A DNA stretch of 64,000 nucleotides from Octopus vulgaris (GCA_951406725.2 OX597822.1:91512001-91576000), one strand, 5' to 3'; counted from the stretch's first letter, positions 27,651 to 39,820 are shown. Translations and numbers: made by a program. The notes: generated by a model from the letters alone, not told the origin.

Positions 27651-28416
27651 TATACTAGTAGTGCCTATGGATACATTTATCCCTTAGATAGTTGCATAAC
27701 CTCTAACTCATAATTTTTATTCATATACTTTATGCACAATTTTATAGACTTAATACACAGCACTTATAAAATAAATATTCACTCTTATTTTTCCATTTTT
27801 CTCATACACCAAGAAAAAAAAATATCACTGTACATATGATACAACCTTTAGTTAACTTGTATATATCTGCCACGTAAATAAGCATGGATATTTCATGGAA
27901 TTGTACTTGCATGTCCATTAAGTGACAGGTGATATAAAAAAAACTTAGTTCAATTAAAGGAAAACATTTTTCACTACCCAATCACCACCACCACCTCTCT
28001 CTCTTCCATTCCTCTCTCTGTGTCTCTCTCTCCCTTCTCGCTCTGCCTTTTTTTAACCTCACCATCAGAACAGCACCTCTCTGCTAAAACTATATTTTTA
28101 ACTTTCCTACCTTCAACTAACTTTTTAACCATGTAAAAACTATTACGTACCCCCTATCTCACATCATGAACGCCTCTCTCTCCCTCTTTCTGTCTCACTC
28201 TTTGCCTTATCCGCTTTTTGTCTCTCCTTTTTCTTTCTCCTCACTTTCCCTTCAATTAATCACGCGAAAGCATTATAATTACATTCTCTTTACCTCACAT
28301 CACAGATGCTTCTTTCTCCCTCTTTTCTCTTTCCTTCTTTTTTCTCCTTCTTTTTCTCTAATCATGTAAAAGCGTTACTGATGGGCTAAGTAATACAATG
28401 ACAAGCAGAATTATAA

Positions 28417-28793
28417 AATAATCCTTGGATGGAACTTATAAGCATTTAATGCATCGCTACATGCATTTCCACAAATCATATGTCTCTTGAGAACACAGTT
28501 CATATTCCTGGGATGATTAGGTGCAGTTCATAGTATCTGTGGGCATCGGGTTGATCATCTTCATGGATTCATTTCTTCAGGTGATATAACATTAATGGAT
28601 GTAGAACAGAGGGATGTTTATCTCTTTTTACCAGTGTGAAGGTTAAGCAAGTTACATCAGCCTGATGCCCACAGATACTATGGACTACACTGAAATCATC
28701 CCAGAAATATGGACTGGAATCTTAAGAAACATGATTTGTGAAAATGCATGTAACAATGCATTAAATGTTTATAAATTCCATCCAAGGATTATT
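28417..28793. mobile_element. Non-coding palindrome: ~138-bp inverted arms, each carrying a hammerhead-like motif
   Basis: Arms 28417-28555 and 28656-28793. Combined consensus: catcagc CTGATGC c cacagat...atttgtg GAAA tgcatg TA gcgatg. Confidence 0.75.
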
Positions 28794-28799
28794 AATTAT

Positions 28800-29234
28800 T
28801 AAATCAAAATCAAAATCGAAATCGATCAACATCAATGGAAATTGTAGCTGTGATACCAGTGCCGGTGGCATGTAAGAGAACCATCCGAACGTGGCCGTTG
28901 CCAGTGCCGCCTGACTGGCCTCCGTGCCGGTGGCACGTAAAAAGCACCATCCTATCTTGGCCATTGCCAGCCACGCCTGGCCTCCGTGCTGGTGGCACGT
29001 AAAAAGCACCATCCGATCATGGCCTTTTGCCAGCCTCATCTGGCACCTGTGCCGGTGGCACGTAAAAAGCACCCACTACACTCTCAGAGTGGTTGGCGTT
29101 AGGAAGGGCATCCAGCCATAGAAACATTGCCAAATCAGACTGGGCCTGGTGCAGCCTTCTGGCTTCCCAGACCCCAGTTGAACCATCCAACCCATGCTAG
29201 CATGGAAAGCAGGTGCTAAACAATGATGATGATG
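28800..29234 (+). mobile_element. RTE LINE 3'UTR with four ~62-65-bp tandem units and (GAT)n end
   Basis: gtgccggtggcacgtaaaaagcacc-type units at 28859, 28924, 28986 and 29049; a decayed version follows the RTE ORF at ~62985-63060. Confidence 0.75.
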
Positions 29235-29579
29235 ATTATATTTATTGTACATTATATTGGTACAGCTCAATGCAACCCAGAAGAACTAGTTCACCAGTCA
29301 GCATCATTTGACTGTAGGTGGCACAATGGAATAGGCGCTTTATTTGCATATTCAAAACGCTTCCCATAAACAAATCTAGAAAATACATATACATACATAT
29401 ATATAAAATTAGGTATTAACAGAAATGAAAAAAGTAGTAATGGTGACATGTCTATAAATATAAAAATGCAAACAACTATCAGATTAAAATTTCCACAAAT
29501 AAAGACATATTACAATTATAATGTTAAGTAAGTTTATAGTATAGAAAGGATTTATATTTAAAATGTTAACATCTCAAAA

Positions 29580-29970
29580 TAAGCTCATTATGGCAATTAA
29601 TTACAATCACATTTTCTTTACTGTTTTTATTAATGTAAAATGTCTCTGATATATAAAGGTTACTGCCATCTATTGCCACCACTATAAGGTTGTGCATAAT
29701 CAAGTATTGACCAATAAATTCCATATTCAATATTATTATCCATCAATGAATGTACAAATTTAGCTAGGGATGTATAATTAGCCTTATTTAAATACTCTTT
29801 TAAATGTAGATCTATGATTATTCCATCTGATTTTAAATGATGAAGATGCAACAATGTATACATGTTCATTACCAAGGGCCATAATTGAACATTTATATAC
29901 AATGTTTTCCCTAAGACATTGCTTATTAATAAGGTATTTAGCTTTATCATGACAGTTGCAAAAAGTAAAA

Positions 29971-30008
<38 letters not shown>

Positions 30009-30960
30009 GAGTGAGATAGAGCAGTACATGCCATCAAAGTGACAAAATATACGAAGCCCAGTATACCCATCATGACTACCCATCTGGTAAGGGTACACCA
30101 GGCACATGCATCACAACCATATGTGCACAACATAGTGATCTCATATCAAGATAAACAGCAAATGACCTTGCAGGTGGGGCCCAGTTAAAATTTTCTTCGG
30201 GTTGAGTGGCCCATCTTGCTCAAAAGGTCCCTGAATAAGGGTTGTTTAAGGATTTTGAACAAAACACTCATGTTTCTGTAGGTAAACCATTCAAACCCCA
30301 AAGAATTCCTCTCAACACATGGCTATGATGCTCCCCCACCACTTCTAACGGGGGTGGGGGTTAAACCACAAACCATTTTTATATAAAATACCTTTTCTAC
30401 AATATAAATTATGAAATTTGTCATTGTTTACATAATGTATATTTTTATATAAACTACTACTATAATAATAATTATTATTATCTATATTGTTAAAGTTCTT
30501 CAATACATGCATCTTTTTCCAACTAAAATTATAATTTCTATTATAATTATTAATAACATGGTTGTGAATATTGTTAGTATCTTTAATTATATTAGAGCGG
30601 TACTGATTATTTTGTTGATTAAATTTAAATCTATTGTGTTTACAAGAGTTATTTATACAATGTGAATAACTTTTCTGGTTTTTAGTATTTATATATGTAT
30701 TATTTAAAGGTAAATATTTATTATTTAGATTATCAATATCAAATACAGAATTTATATGATCATTATTACTATGAGCATTAAATTCAGGAAGAAAATCTAT
30801 TCCACCTGTTGACATAGCACAAATTCTGTATTATCTTCAGGTAATTTTTTACATTTTGTATTAGTGCAGACATGCAAGTCATTTATCTATGATTATATAA
30901 GTTATTAACATATTTTTTGAGTTATGAAACAAAATTGTAGAATTATTTGGATTTTTTATT
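29580..30960 (-). mobile_element. Penelope-like element remnant (Asn-rich linker + GIY-YIG), interrupted by family D
   Basis: FCNCHDKAKYLINKQCLRENIVYKC...VYIVASSSFKIRWNNHRSTFK...TSLAKFVHSL...WSILDYAQPYSGG; ORF 30345-30815 is the Asn-rich linker. Confidence 0.8.
30009..30345 (-). mobile_element. Family D repeat (partial) inserted at a (TTA)n tract
   Basis: Matches 3575-3900 and the reverse complement of 37800-38143. Confidence 0.85.
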
Positions 30961-31211
30961 TTTAAATAAAGATTCATCTAAATATTTCTCTGTCATTTAT
31001 GACCATGTGTGTGATCGTGCATGTGTATGTGTGAAACATGTATGTATTTATATGTATGTATCATCATTGTTTTAATACCTACCTTTCCATGCTTGCATGG
31101 ATCACATGAGAGTATGTTGAGGTAATGGCCTTCCTATCACCAAACTTCTCTGTCACAATTACAAGCTATTACAATCGGCAAATGAGCACAGGTGAAGACA
31201 AAAGAACTCAT

Positions 31212-31242
<31 letters not shown>

Positions 31243-31318
31243 TTCAGTATGGGTATAAACTTTGTAGTTTGCTTCAAAAGCTTGTTTGTAAGGGGTTGGC
31301 TTGGGCCACACATACTGA

Positions 31319-33135
31319 CTCAGAGAGTTCCTTCAACATGGCAATGGGTGCCTTTGAAAGTGCTGACCTATGTGACCTAGTTGGTCTCTTCATCCTAGAT
31401 ATGCTAAAAAAGAAATTCCCTTCAACTAGCTTTGGCCTCCACAGAGATGACACACTGGTAATATAAGAAGGGCTAACAGCCACATGCTAGATAAGCTCAG
31501 AAAGGACCTTATAGTTACCATTAACTCCCTTGAACTGAAGGTCACAATAGAGACCAACCTGAAAACAATAGATTTCCTTGATGTGACCCTGGATCTGGAA
31601 TCTGATGCCTATAATCCCTTTAGGAAACCAAATGAGAAACTATCATACATTAACACAAGTTCCTGCCATCCAGCCATAGTGTTCAGGAATGTGGTTAAGG
31701 TGTCAGCAGGAGAATCTCCAGCTATTTTCAAGCAAAGAGATTTTTGATGCTGCCACCCTGTAGTACATCTGGGCTCTGGCTGCCAGCAGTTTCAAGCATA
31801 GTATTACTTACATGCCAGACCCTAGCCCCACAAAGAGATAGTGCCATCAGAAAGTGTTGTGATTCTTGCTGCCCTTCTCTTTAAATGTTAAGACCAGAGT
31901 AGGTAAGATCTTCCTTACTTAAGTTGATAAACACTTCCATCATATTAATAGATTCAACAAAATATTTAATAGATATACCCTGAGACTATCCTTTAACTGT
32001 GCAGTGTACGAAAGATTATAGTAGGTAGGCCTACACCCAAAGCAAAGGCAGGATGCTCATGCAGGGCTAACACAACTTGTCCATTGAATGACCATTGTAA
32101 CATGGAGACAGTTGTATATGAAACAGAGGTAACAGCCATAGGACCCAATGGCCAACCAAGCATAAAGAAGTATGTGGGGGCAATGGAAGGCCCCTTCAGA
32201 AACTGCTTTAACAACCACAAGTTCTCTTTCAACATCCTGGTGAGATGTAATGCCACAACCCTAGCCAAGCACATTTGGTCTTTGAAAGAAAGCACCACAG
32301 AGTACAGCAAAAAGTGAAAGATCCTGGAGAATGCAAACCATACTTCAATAGCAGCAGGAAGTGCAGGTTGCACTTGGCTGAGAAGAGAGCAATTTTAAAG
32401 GGTCCCCGACGCCCAGATATTTGCCTGAATAGCAGGAATGATGTGTTTAATCCTTGCCCACATGGAAAGAAGTACATCCTATTGTACCTGTGTGTCCCAC
32501 CATGACCGCAACCATAAGTCCCCCAGTATCAATCTTCCACCAATATCGTTGGGCCTGGCAAAGACCTGAATACACATCAATGCACCCATATACACACCCT
32601 TACATGGCAGACACCCCACAAAATAGACTGTATCTCATCAGCCCCAACATATACCCCTTCACACAGTTTGTATCCCCCCCCGCACACACATTACACACTG
32701 CAGGCTAACATAAAACCCCCACAACCTTAGAATGTATGGAGAGTAAAAGACCAATGAACACAACTATATATACCTACAACCCTGAAAATTATGCATATGA
32801 CACTACTACACATATCACACACCCCATCCCCATAGGAGTACCACACTTAATAAAACACACTTTCTTGACAAACACTTCAAGATAACTCTTACTGGCCTTA
32901 CAGCGTACCAAACCAAAGGACATAATTCCTAACCTAATCCCCTGGCCCTTTTTCTTTTTCACAGCGCTGCAAACTAGGTGTTAATTCACCTCTGACAATA
33001 GAGAGCAGTCACCATACTCTCCTCCATATCAGCTAACTCTGATGAGCATAAGGTTATATAATCAGATTGTTACCTAACACTCCATTGTATTCCTTGCATG
33101 AGACTGATTGTTAAGATCAGCCGTGAAGGATATTT
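31319..33135 (+). mobile_element. Penelope-like element: RT C-half + GIY-YIG + 3' pLTR
   Basis: AMGAFESADLCDLVGLFIL, GLHRDDTL (YRDD-like), IDFLDVTLDL, YINTSSCHP, CSC..CPL..VVYETEV..KKYVG..GPFRNCFNNHKFSF and CRLHLAEK; frameshifted. Confidence 0.92.
33030..33131 (+). ncRNA. Decayed hammerhead motif in the PLE 3' pLTR
   Basis: act CTGATGA gcataagg...ccttgcat GAGA ctgat-tgttaag-atcag cc gtga; stem III is 5 bp, while GAAA and UH are mutated. Confidence 0.55.
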
Positions 33136-33689
33136 AATACTGTACATTTCAGAAAATACACACACACACACATATATGGGGAGAGAGAGGGAGAGAGGGG
33201 GAGAGAGAGAGAGAAAAACAGAGACAGGGAGATACATATATATATATACTCATCTACATTTAAATAGATTATACTCACACATAAATATGCAACTGCACAT
33301 AGTATTTATATCAAAACTGCTCATGCAGAATTAATAATTAATAATTAACAGAAGATGTCTTTAAAGTTAAATGATAACAGATTGTGTATAAAGACACAGT
33401 TTTAAATACATTAGATATTTGTGCTGCTAGAGGAATACAGACTTAGTTATATATGCATCAGTTGGTGTATGATTTTGTAGCAAAAATTGTATATGCATAT
33501 AATTAACTAAAAGCAAATTAAAACACTACATTTTCACTAATATAGGTATGTATGCACTAGTTAGTGTAAAATTGCACATCAAAAATGCATACACAGTAGA
33601 AGATTGCACAACAAAATGTATACACATATATAATTAAATATACAAATGGAATTTATGACTGTTTTCCAATTTCCTGAAATAAACATTTG

Positions 33690-34176
33690 ATTCTTTGGTT
33701 ACATTTTGCAGTGAGTTCAAAGTGTACTTTAATAAGTCCACCTCTGCACATTAAAATGCACAGTGCCTCCTCAGAGCAAAGATTGCATGATTTGGAATAT
33801 GCACTGTATGGGTATGCATTTCTTACCACTATCCATTATATATCATAATCTGTTTTGTTTTCTCTGAGACACTAAATCAGGTCGGCAAAGGATGTGTTGT
33901 GTCTTTTGTCAATGATGCAATGTTATTGTGGTAATGATTTTTTAAGTAATTGCTTGTTGCACCTATATATGCAAATATCTTTGCTCTTGCCCAGACCACA
34001 CATTTGTATACAATGTTCCTATAGATGCACTCATTTCCTAGAGGACAAGTAACCCTGTTTCTAAAATTACATCTCTTTACTAAACTGCTTTCAAATTGAT
34101 CATTACAAGCCTTTTTTGATGTCTCTATTTACCATCTTGTTACTATTATTGCTATTATTATTGCTATTATTATTGC

Positions 34177-34233
<57 letters not shown>

Positions 34234-34440
34234 CATCATCAGTATTATTATCATTATTATCATTATTATTGCTGTTACTATTGCTTTCAATGTTACTATT
34301 ATTGCTGATCCCAACATCATTGTTATCAAAATTTTCAATATTAACATTTTTATTTATATTACTGTCACTATATTACTGTCAATGCTATTGCTTAAATTGA
34401 AATTATACAGACTGGTGTGATTATCTCCTCTATTATTATT
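33690..34440 (-). mobile_element. Penelope-like remnant with (AAT)n poly-Asn linker
   Basis: Minus strand reads CPLGNECIYRNIVYKCVV...AYIGATSN...WIVVRNAYPYSAYSKSCNLCSEEALCIL; the (TTA)n at 34140-34270 lies in the linker position. Confidence 0.75.
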
Positions 34441-34510
34441 GTTATATATTCTTATGACATATAATTTTTGCTGGTAAGAATAAAGTTTCTAAAATAGAAC
34501 TTTGAAGAAT

Positions 34511-34578
34511 TGCTTTGGGACAATGGTAGAGTGCATGTCATGTCTACAGGAGACACAAGTTCAAGTCCCACGGGCAGC
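34511..34578 (+). pseudogene. tRNA-like pseudogene / SINE head
   Basis: gctttgggacaaTGGTAGAgtg...caaGTTCAAGTCCcacgggcagc: D-loop and T-loop boxes are present, stems are decayed. Confidence 0.45.
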
Positions 34579-34719
34579 TTTTAGCATTTTTTATCCTAGA
34601 AGGTTTTACAGCCCAATATTTACATGCTGTTATTTATAGCTTTATGTGAGCCTTAAAAACCCCAAAAAAAGGATTCATTCATTCATTCATTCATTCATAC
34701 ATACATACATACATATTAC

Positions 34720-35215
34720 ATGCACCCACTGTGACCCATCGGGTCACAACCATTCCAAGTTGAAAATCTTGATGCACGGTAGGAAAGGAAAAAAAAACTT
34801 TTTGGGACTTCATGCAATAAAATTCTTAAATAATACAGTTCTCCTGCTTTTGGTGTGACAACATAAACACAACCAAATGCTTCTTCTTTGAAAACGTTCT
34901 AATGGCCTTCAACTTTTTTCTTCACTGTCTCCTTTGCCATTTTTGTTACTACTGTTCCGAGTGAAATATATGGGTACTTCAACATAAAATAATGTTTCTG
35001 TAAAGTCATCATTGATGCACAATGAAAAGAATTCTGTCAATGTTGTTCTCAAAAGTCGTTCATTGACAGCCATATATATCCTCATTATTTCTGAACAATA
35101 TTCTTTGTTCATCTGGTAGATGAACTTGCAGTCTCACTATTGTAGGTGTTCTTTCCTGAATTGAAAATCCTAAAATGGATGCCACTGCTTTGGATGGTCT
35201 AATATACCTATCCAT
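34720..35215 (-). mobile_element. Helitron Rep/helicase fragment with terminal-type hairpin
   Basis: RYIRPSKAVASILGFSIQERTPTIVRLQVHLPDEQRILF...TTLTEFFSLCINDDFTETLFYVEVPIYFT...ELYYLRILLHEV; hairpin tgtgaccc-atc-gggtcaca at 34730-34748. Confidence 0.8.
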
Positions 35216-35605
35216 TAAGTAAGAAAAAAAGGATGGACAACAGTAGCTGTGATGACTCTGAAATGTCAACATTTTCAACTTGATTATTATTTTCTTGAAG
35301 GCGAAAATAACTATTTTATTTGTAATCCTTATCATCTTAATCAAATAGCAGGAAAACAAACACACTTTGAGTTTTAGTATAATATAGATAGATAGATACT
35401 GTTCTTTGAAAGTTGTATAAATGATTAAGGGAAGAAAAAGAAAGTAAGAAAAAAGGATGGATAGTGATATTGCAACAACTCCTTGAAGTATTGCCACCAA
35501 AATCAACACATTCAACCATTTTATTTGTAGTCTTTATCATCTTAATCAAAATGCAGGAAAACAGATGAACTTTGAGGTTTAGCATTATATATATATATAT
35601 ATATA

Positions 35606-35735
35606 TTCAATATTTTGAGACTAGGATCCCTTCTTCAGGAAATCTTCGCAGAAAAGGTGTTGTTAGCTGGCTTCTCTGCAGAACAGAGAACAATACCTTT
35701 CCTCTGAAGATTTCCCGAAAGAGAAGTCCTAACCA
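35606..35735. mobile_element. Short hammerhead-bearing palindrome between TA-rich flanks
   Basis: ~45-bp arms (35621-35664 / 35689-35732). Minus strand: tttc CTGAAGA a ggga-tcctag-tctc AAAA ta T T gaa, i.e. a minimal hammerhead with GAAA decayed to AAAA at a CpG. Confidence 0.6.
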
Positions 35736-35757
35736 TGTTATATATACGATATATTAT

Positions 35758-35952
35758 TGGCTTCAAATTTTGGCACCGAGTTAGCAAGTTTGGGGTAGAG
35801 GGTAAGTCAATTACATTGACCCCAGTGCTCAACTGGTACTTATTTTATCAACCCCAAAAGGATGGAAGGCAAAGTTGACCTTGGGCAGAATTTGAACTGA
35901 GAACATACTGATAAAAAGAAATGCTACTAAACATTCTGCCAGCTTGCCACCT
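35758..35952 (-). mobile_element. SINE family B
   Basis: Reverse-complement copy. Confidence 0.8.
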
Positions 35953-36624
35953 CTATACAATATATTATTAAATAACAGGTTGAGATGGTGCCATGCAACT
36001 TGAAGTTTCCTGGGCTTGAAAACAAATGTAATTCAGGCAGCTAGACAGAGACTAACAAGATATGAGACAAATTCTAGATGTTAGGCCTTTGTTGGTCAAT
36101 TCACATCATGTGGTGTTATTGGGTGTGAAAGCAATTATTGTCTTCATTCCTAGGCCTACGTGGTTAGACAGGATGTTGGTAGGTAACTGTTGCTGCTTTG
36201 TCTGAAACCTGTGCTAAGGCTTATTTAATTATATTGGTTTATTGCATTTGATGCTACACATGACAGAGAGAGGTATTGTCACAGATTAGTGGAAAAATAA
36301 CACTACAGTGGTAACAGACTTTCCATGTGAGTAAACAGATTTGGAGTGGTGCTGGATTAAAATTTGTTGGTCCTAGGATGGATTGTCAGCATGAAAGGGA
36401 CTGTAGTCTATGTGGGCTGCAGGGGTTAAAGTACCATGCCATGTATATGGAATTACCAGGCCTAAGGTGGGACATCTGGATTGCTGGCTGCCAGTGGCTT
36501 GAAGTTCATTATCAGGGTGTACCAATGGTGCAAACAAGATATTTCATTCTTCCTATTGAGGGATACTACAGGCTGGTGGAATATGTACAGTCTCCTGCAG
36601 AGGCTTGTTCTATGAGCCTACAAA

Positions 36625-36825
36625 ACTTTAAGAGTTCCCTAATCAACACTTCATGGGAGTGTTGGAATCTAGTTAAAAAAGAGGATGAAGATTTTGTCAC
36701 ATATGCCAGGACTGTAAACTGAATGTGCAAAAGGTTTAAACTGAAGGAACTAACTCCTGACATGTTTACGTGTCTTATTTTTGTACAAGGGCTTATGGCA
36801 AACAAATGTGCGGAGATTATAAAAC
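36625..36825 (+). mobile_element. Ty3/Gypsy gag-like fragment
   Basis: SSLINTSWECWNLVKKEDEDFVTYARTVN*MCKRFKLKELTPDMFTCLIFVQGL resembles Mag-type gag. Confidence 0.65.
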
Positions 36826-37039
36826 AATTATAAAAGCAAAATAATGAAAACAGGCCCTAACACCAAGTACAGAATGTGCAACCAGCATAATGAGACAGTT
36901 GACAACATCATTTGACTTGTCCTGTCCATATGTGAATATATATATACAGAGTAAGTGGTTATATCCGCTGGACAATATGCCAACATTACAACATAAAGAC
37001 TAACAAGAAACATGTGCCAAGCAAGGGACATGATAACGT

Positions 37040-37534
37040 CCCAGGCCACAATTATGTAGGATATGCCTGTTCAAACTGACAAAGAAATAAAAGTTAATCA
37101 AAGATTGGACCCCCCCCACAAAAAAAAAAAACACTTTATTCACTGATAGACATTGCAGTCCCTTCTGACCAAAATATTGCCCCCACAGAAGTGGAGAAAT
37201 TGTCAAAGTACAAAGACCTTAAAACTGAAGTATTCAAGTTGTGGTGCAGGAAAGTGAAAACAATACCAGTAATAACAGTTTAAGGTATGATAAAAAGAAA
37301 AAAAAAATAGCCCACATCTTATGCAAGACACTACCGATTCAGCCCTGCAACATGTATTCTACAGGCTGGATACCCAACAGAAGAACACAACTTGCATTAC
37401 ACACACAACACACAATACAAACACTAACAGAACAATATATATATAAAGGGGGAACAAAATGAACATACAATGTTGCAAACACCCCAGCAACATGGAGGTG
37501 ATGCAGTAGAAATCTGCCTGAAACTATCAAATGT

Positions 37535-37540
<6 letters not shown>
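37040..37540 (+). mobile_element. R4/Dong-like RLE 3' fragment ending in (TAA)n
   Basis: DMPVQTDKEIK, LIDIAVPSDQNI, EVEKLSKYKDLKTE..KLW and KTIPVI. Confidence 0.75.
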
Positions 37541-37570
<30 letters not shown>

Positions 37571-37585
37571 TAATAATAATGATAA

Positions 37586-38143
37586 ATGCCCTGATGCAGT
37601 ACCAGGCAGCAGCTCTCATGGCTTCTGATCTTAACTGACTGGAAGTGTTATAATGTACATTGTTTTGTCTTGGTATAAAAGATGGGCTACAGCAAATATT
37701 CTGCTCAATACTACAGATTTGCTTGTCAGTTGTTTAACCATAACCAGTTGAGTATGTCCCTTAGTGGCTGATGATATGTGCATCTCTGATCACGAGTAGA
37801 AGTAGAGGGGGAGCATCATAGCCATGTGTTGAGAGGGATTCTTTGGGGTTTGAATAATTCACCTCTGGAAACATGGGTGTTTCATTCAACATCCTTAAAC
37901 AACCTTTAATCAAGGACCTTTTGAGTGGGATGGGTTACCCGACCAGAAGAAAATTCTAACTGGGCCCCACCCGCAAGGTCATGTGCTGTTTATCTTGTTA
38001 TGAGATCACCATGTCGTGCACATATGGTTGTGATGCATGTGCCTGGTGTACCCTTATCAGACGGGTAGTCATGATGGGTATACTGGGCTTCGTATATTTT
38101 ACCCCAGTGTCACTTTGATGGCATGCACTGCTCTCTCACTCAA
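37586..38143 (+). mobile_element. Full copy of family D repeat
   Basis: Starts atgccctgatgcagtaccaggc after (TAA)n and ends ctctctcactcaataata. Confidence 0.88.
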
Positions 38144-38204
38144 TAATAAATATAATAATGGTTTCTCATCTTAACTGATTGGAAGTGTTATCGTGTACAT
38201 GTAG

Positions 38205-39003
38205 TCCTCAAAGAGCTGAAATTGCAGGCTAAAGCTACAAAAACCAAGAAGTATGACAAAAGAATTGAACAAAATAAAATCAATAGATTGTTCCAAAAGG
38301 ATCAGAAAAGGGCTTATTAGCAGCGAAATGGAAAGGTTAACAACAGCGAGAGACAATGAAGAAAATAGGAGGTTCTGGAGAAACATTTGGGAGAAACATT
38401 TGGAAGAAAGCATAAGAAAGGTGCTGAATGGTTGAGAAAAATGAAGTGAAACAGAACAGTAAAAGAATAACAGCTGAAATGGTGACCAAGCAGACAATAA
38501 AAGTTCCAGACTGGAAATGTCCAGGCCTGGATGGGGTACAAGAGTACTGGCTGAAATATTTCTCAGCATTACACAAAAGAATAGCTGCACAAATGGATAG
38601 ACAATGAGGTGGAAACACCAAAGTAGATGACTGCAGGTAAAACAGTTGTTTGCCAAATGGGCCCCGGTAATGGTAATGCAGTGGATAATTACTGGCCAAT
38701 CTCCTGCCTACCCTTGATGAGGAAGTTGATGACAGGAATAATATCTAATTGTGTGTATGACTGCCTGGAAATGACAAACTGCCAGTGGAACAGAAGGGAT
38801 GCAGGAGGAAAAGCCCAGATTTGGGAAATATATTCAGAAAATGCTCTATTGAGGACAGTGAGGATTTTGAGATTGGCAGTTGGGTGTTAAGTATGATGGG
38901 AAGAGACATTGTGAGACCTTTGACAACAGGTTGATGTCTGCTCTTACAGAATTAACTAGAGCAAGTAAAACTGAAAGCTCTGACAAGTAAAATGAGAATA
39001 ACG

Positions 39004-39051
<48 letters not shown>
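38205..39051 (+). mobile_element. Internally deleted R4/Dong-like LINE with (TAA)n tail
   Basis: RRFWRNIWEK, WKCPGLDGVQEYWLK, NYWPISCLPLM and PVEQKGCRRK jump directly to the C-terminal LRTVRILR; 3'UTR then (AAT)n. Confidence 0.8.
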
Positions 39052-39052
<1 letters not shown>

Positions 39053-39715
39053 GCAGAAAACAGATATGGTATTAAATGCTTTATGGGAAATACACACATT
39101 TCAGAAAAATGCCAAAATAATTACATATCAGTTATAGAAACATTATGCAACATTGCCTTCAACTCAATAGGGTCCTGCAATAAATTCAAGAACAAATGTG
39201 TCAAAGCACCAAATATATACACTTTTCCCATATTACAATTTATTGAAACCTTTCATGTCATACAATTTAGCTAGAGACAGAAAAACAGTGTATCAAAAGC
39301 TGTCTGAATTATGCCACACCTCTCTCAAATTGATGTACATGTGACCAGAGAGAGAAATAAAATTTAAAAAAGAACTATAAATAAAAAATATATATATAAA
39401 GGGGGAAGAACATTGACCAAGCTAATAGTATAGGGTCATCAAACCTGCATTATAAATCAGTTAAGGTTTGATGTAATGCAAAGGCTATAAGAACCAATTT
39501 CTTTTAAGACACATAAGCATATATGACATAAAACAAACACATACAAACTTGCACACACACACACACACAAATACAAACATATATGCATACATTCACATAC
39601 ACATATATTTAATCCACACACCCAAACAATTACCCATTTATCTCTCAACCAATCCAATCACCCAACTATCCATCAGCAGAAATGTACAAATATATAAACA
39701 ACATTTATAAATATA

Positions 39716-39820
39716 GGCGCAGGAGTGGCTGTGTGGTAAGTAGCTTGTTTACCAACCACATGGTTCCGGGTTCATTCCCACTGCGTGGCACCTTGGGCAA
39801 GTGTCTTCTGCTATAGCCTC
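39716..39820 (+). mobile_element. SINE family A head, truncated at the mariner junction
   Basis: ggcgcaggagtggctgtgtgg...ctatagcctc followed by an abrupt switch. Confidence 0.85.

Noticed and set aside
28375-28415. ctgatgg gct...agc agaa, and the ctgaaga in the palindrome spacer (28574-28580, -)
   Set aside because: Only partial cores; too decayed to call.
28859-29075. CRISPR-like array (palindromic ~29-bp repeat with ~35-bp spacers)
   Set aside because: The spacers are homologous to each other (tggcc...tgccag...ctggc), the context is a eukaryotic RTE 3'UTR, and there are no cas genes.
34511-34578. Functional tRNA gene
   Set aside because: Acceptor and anticodon stems do not pair; kept only as a tRNA-derived relic.
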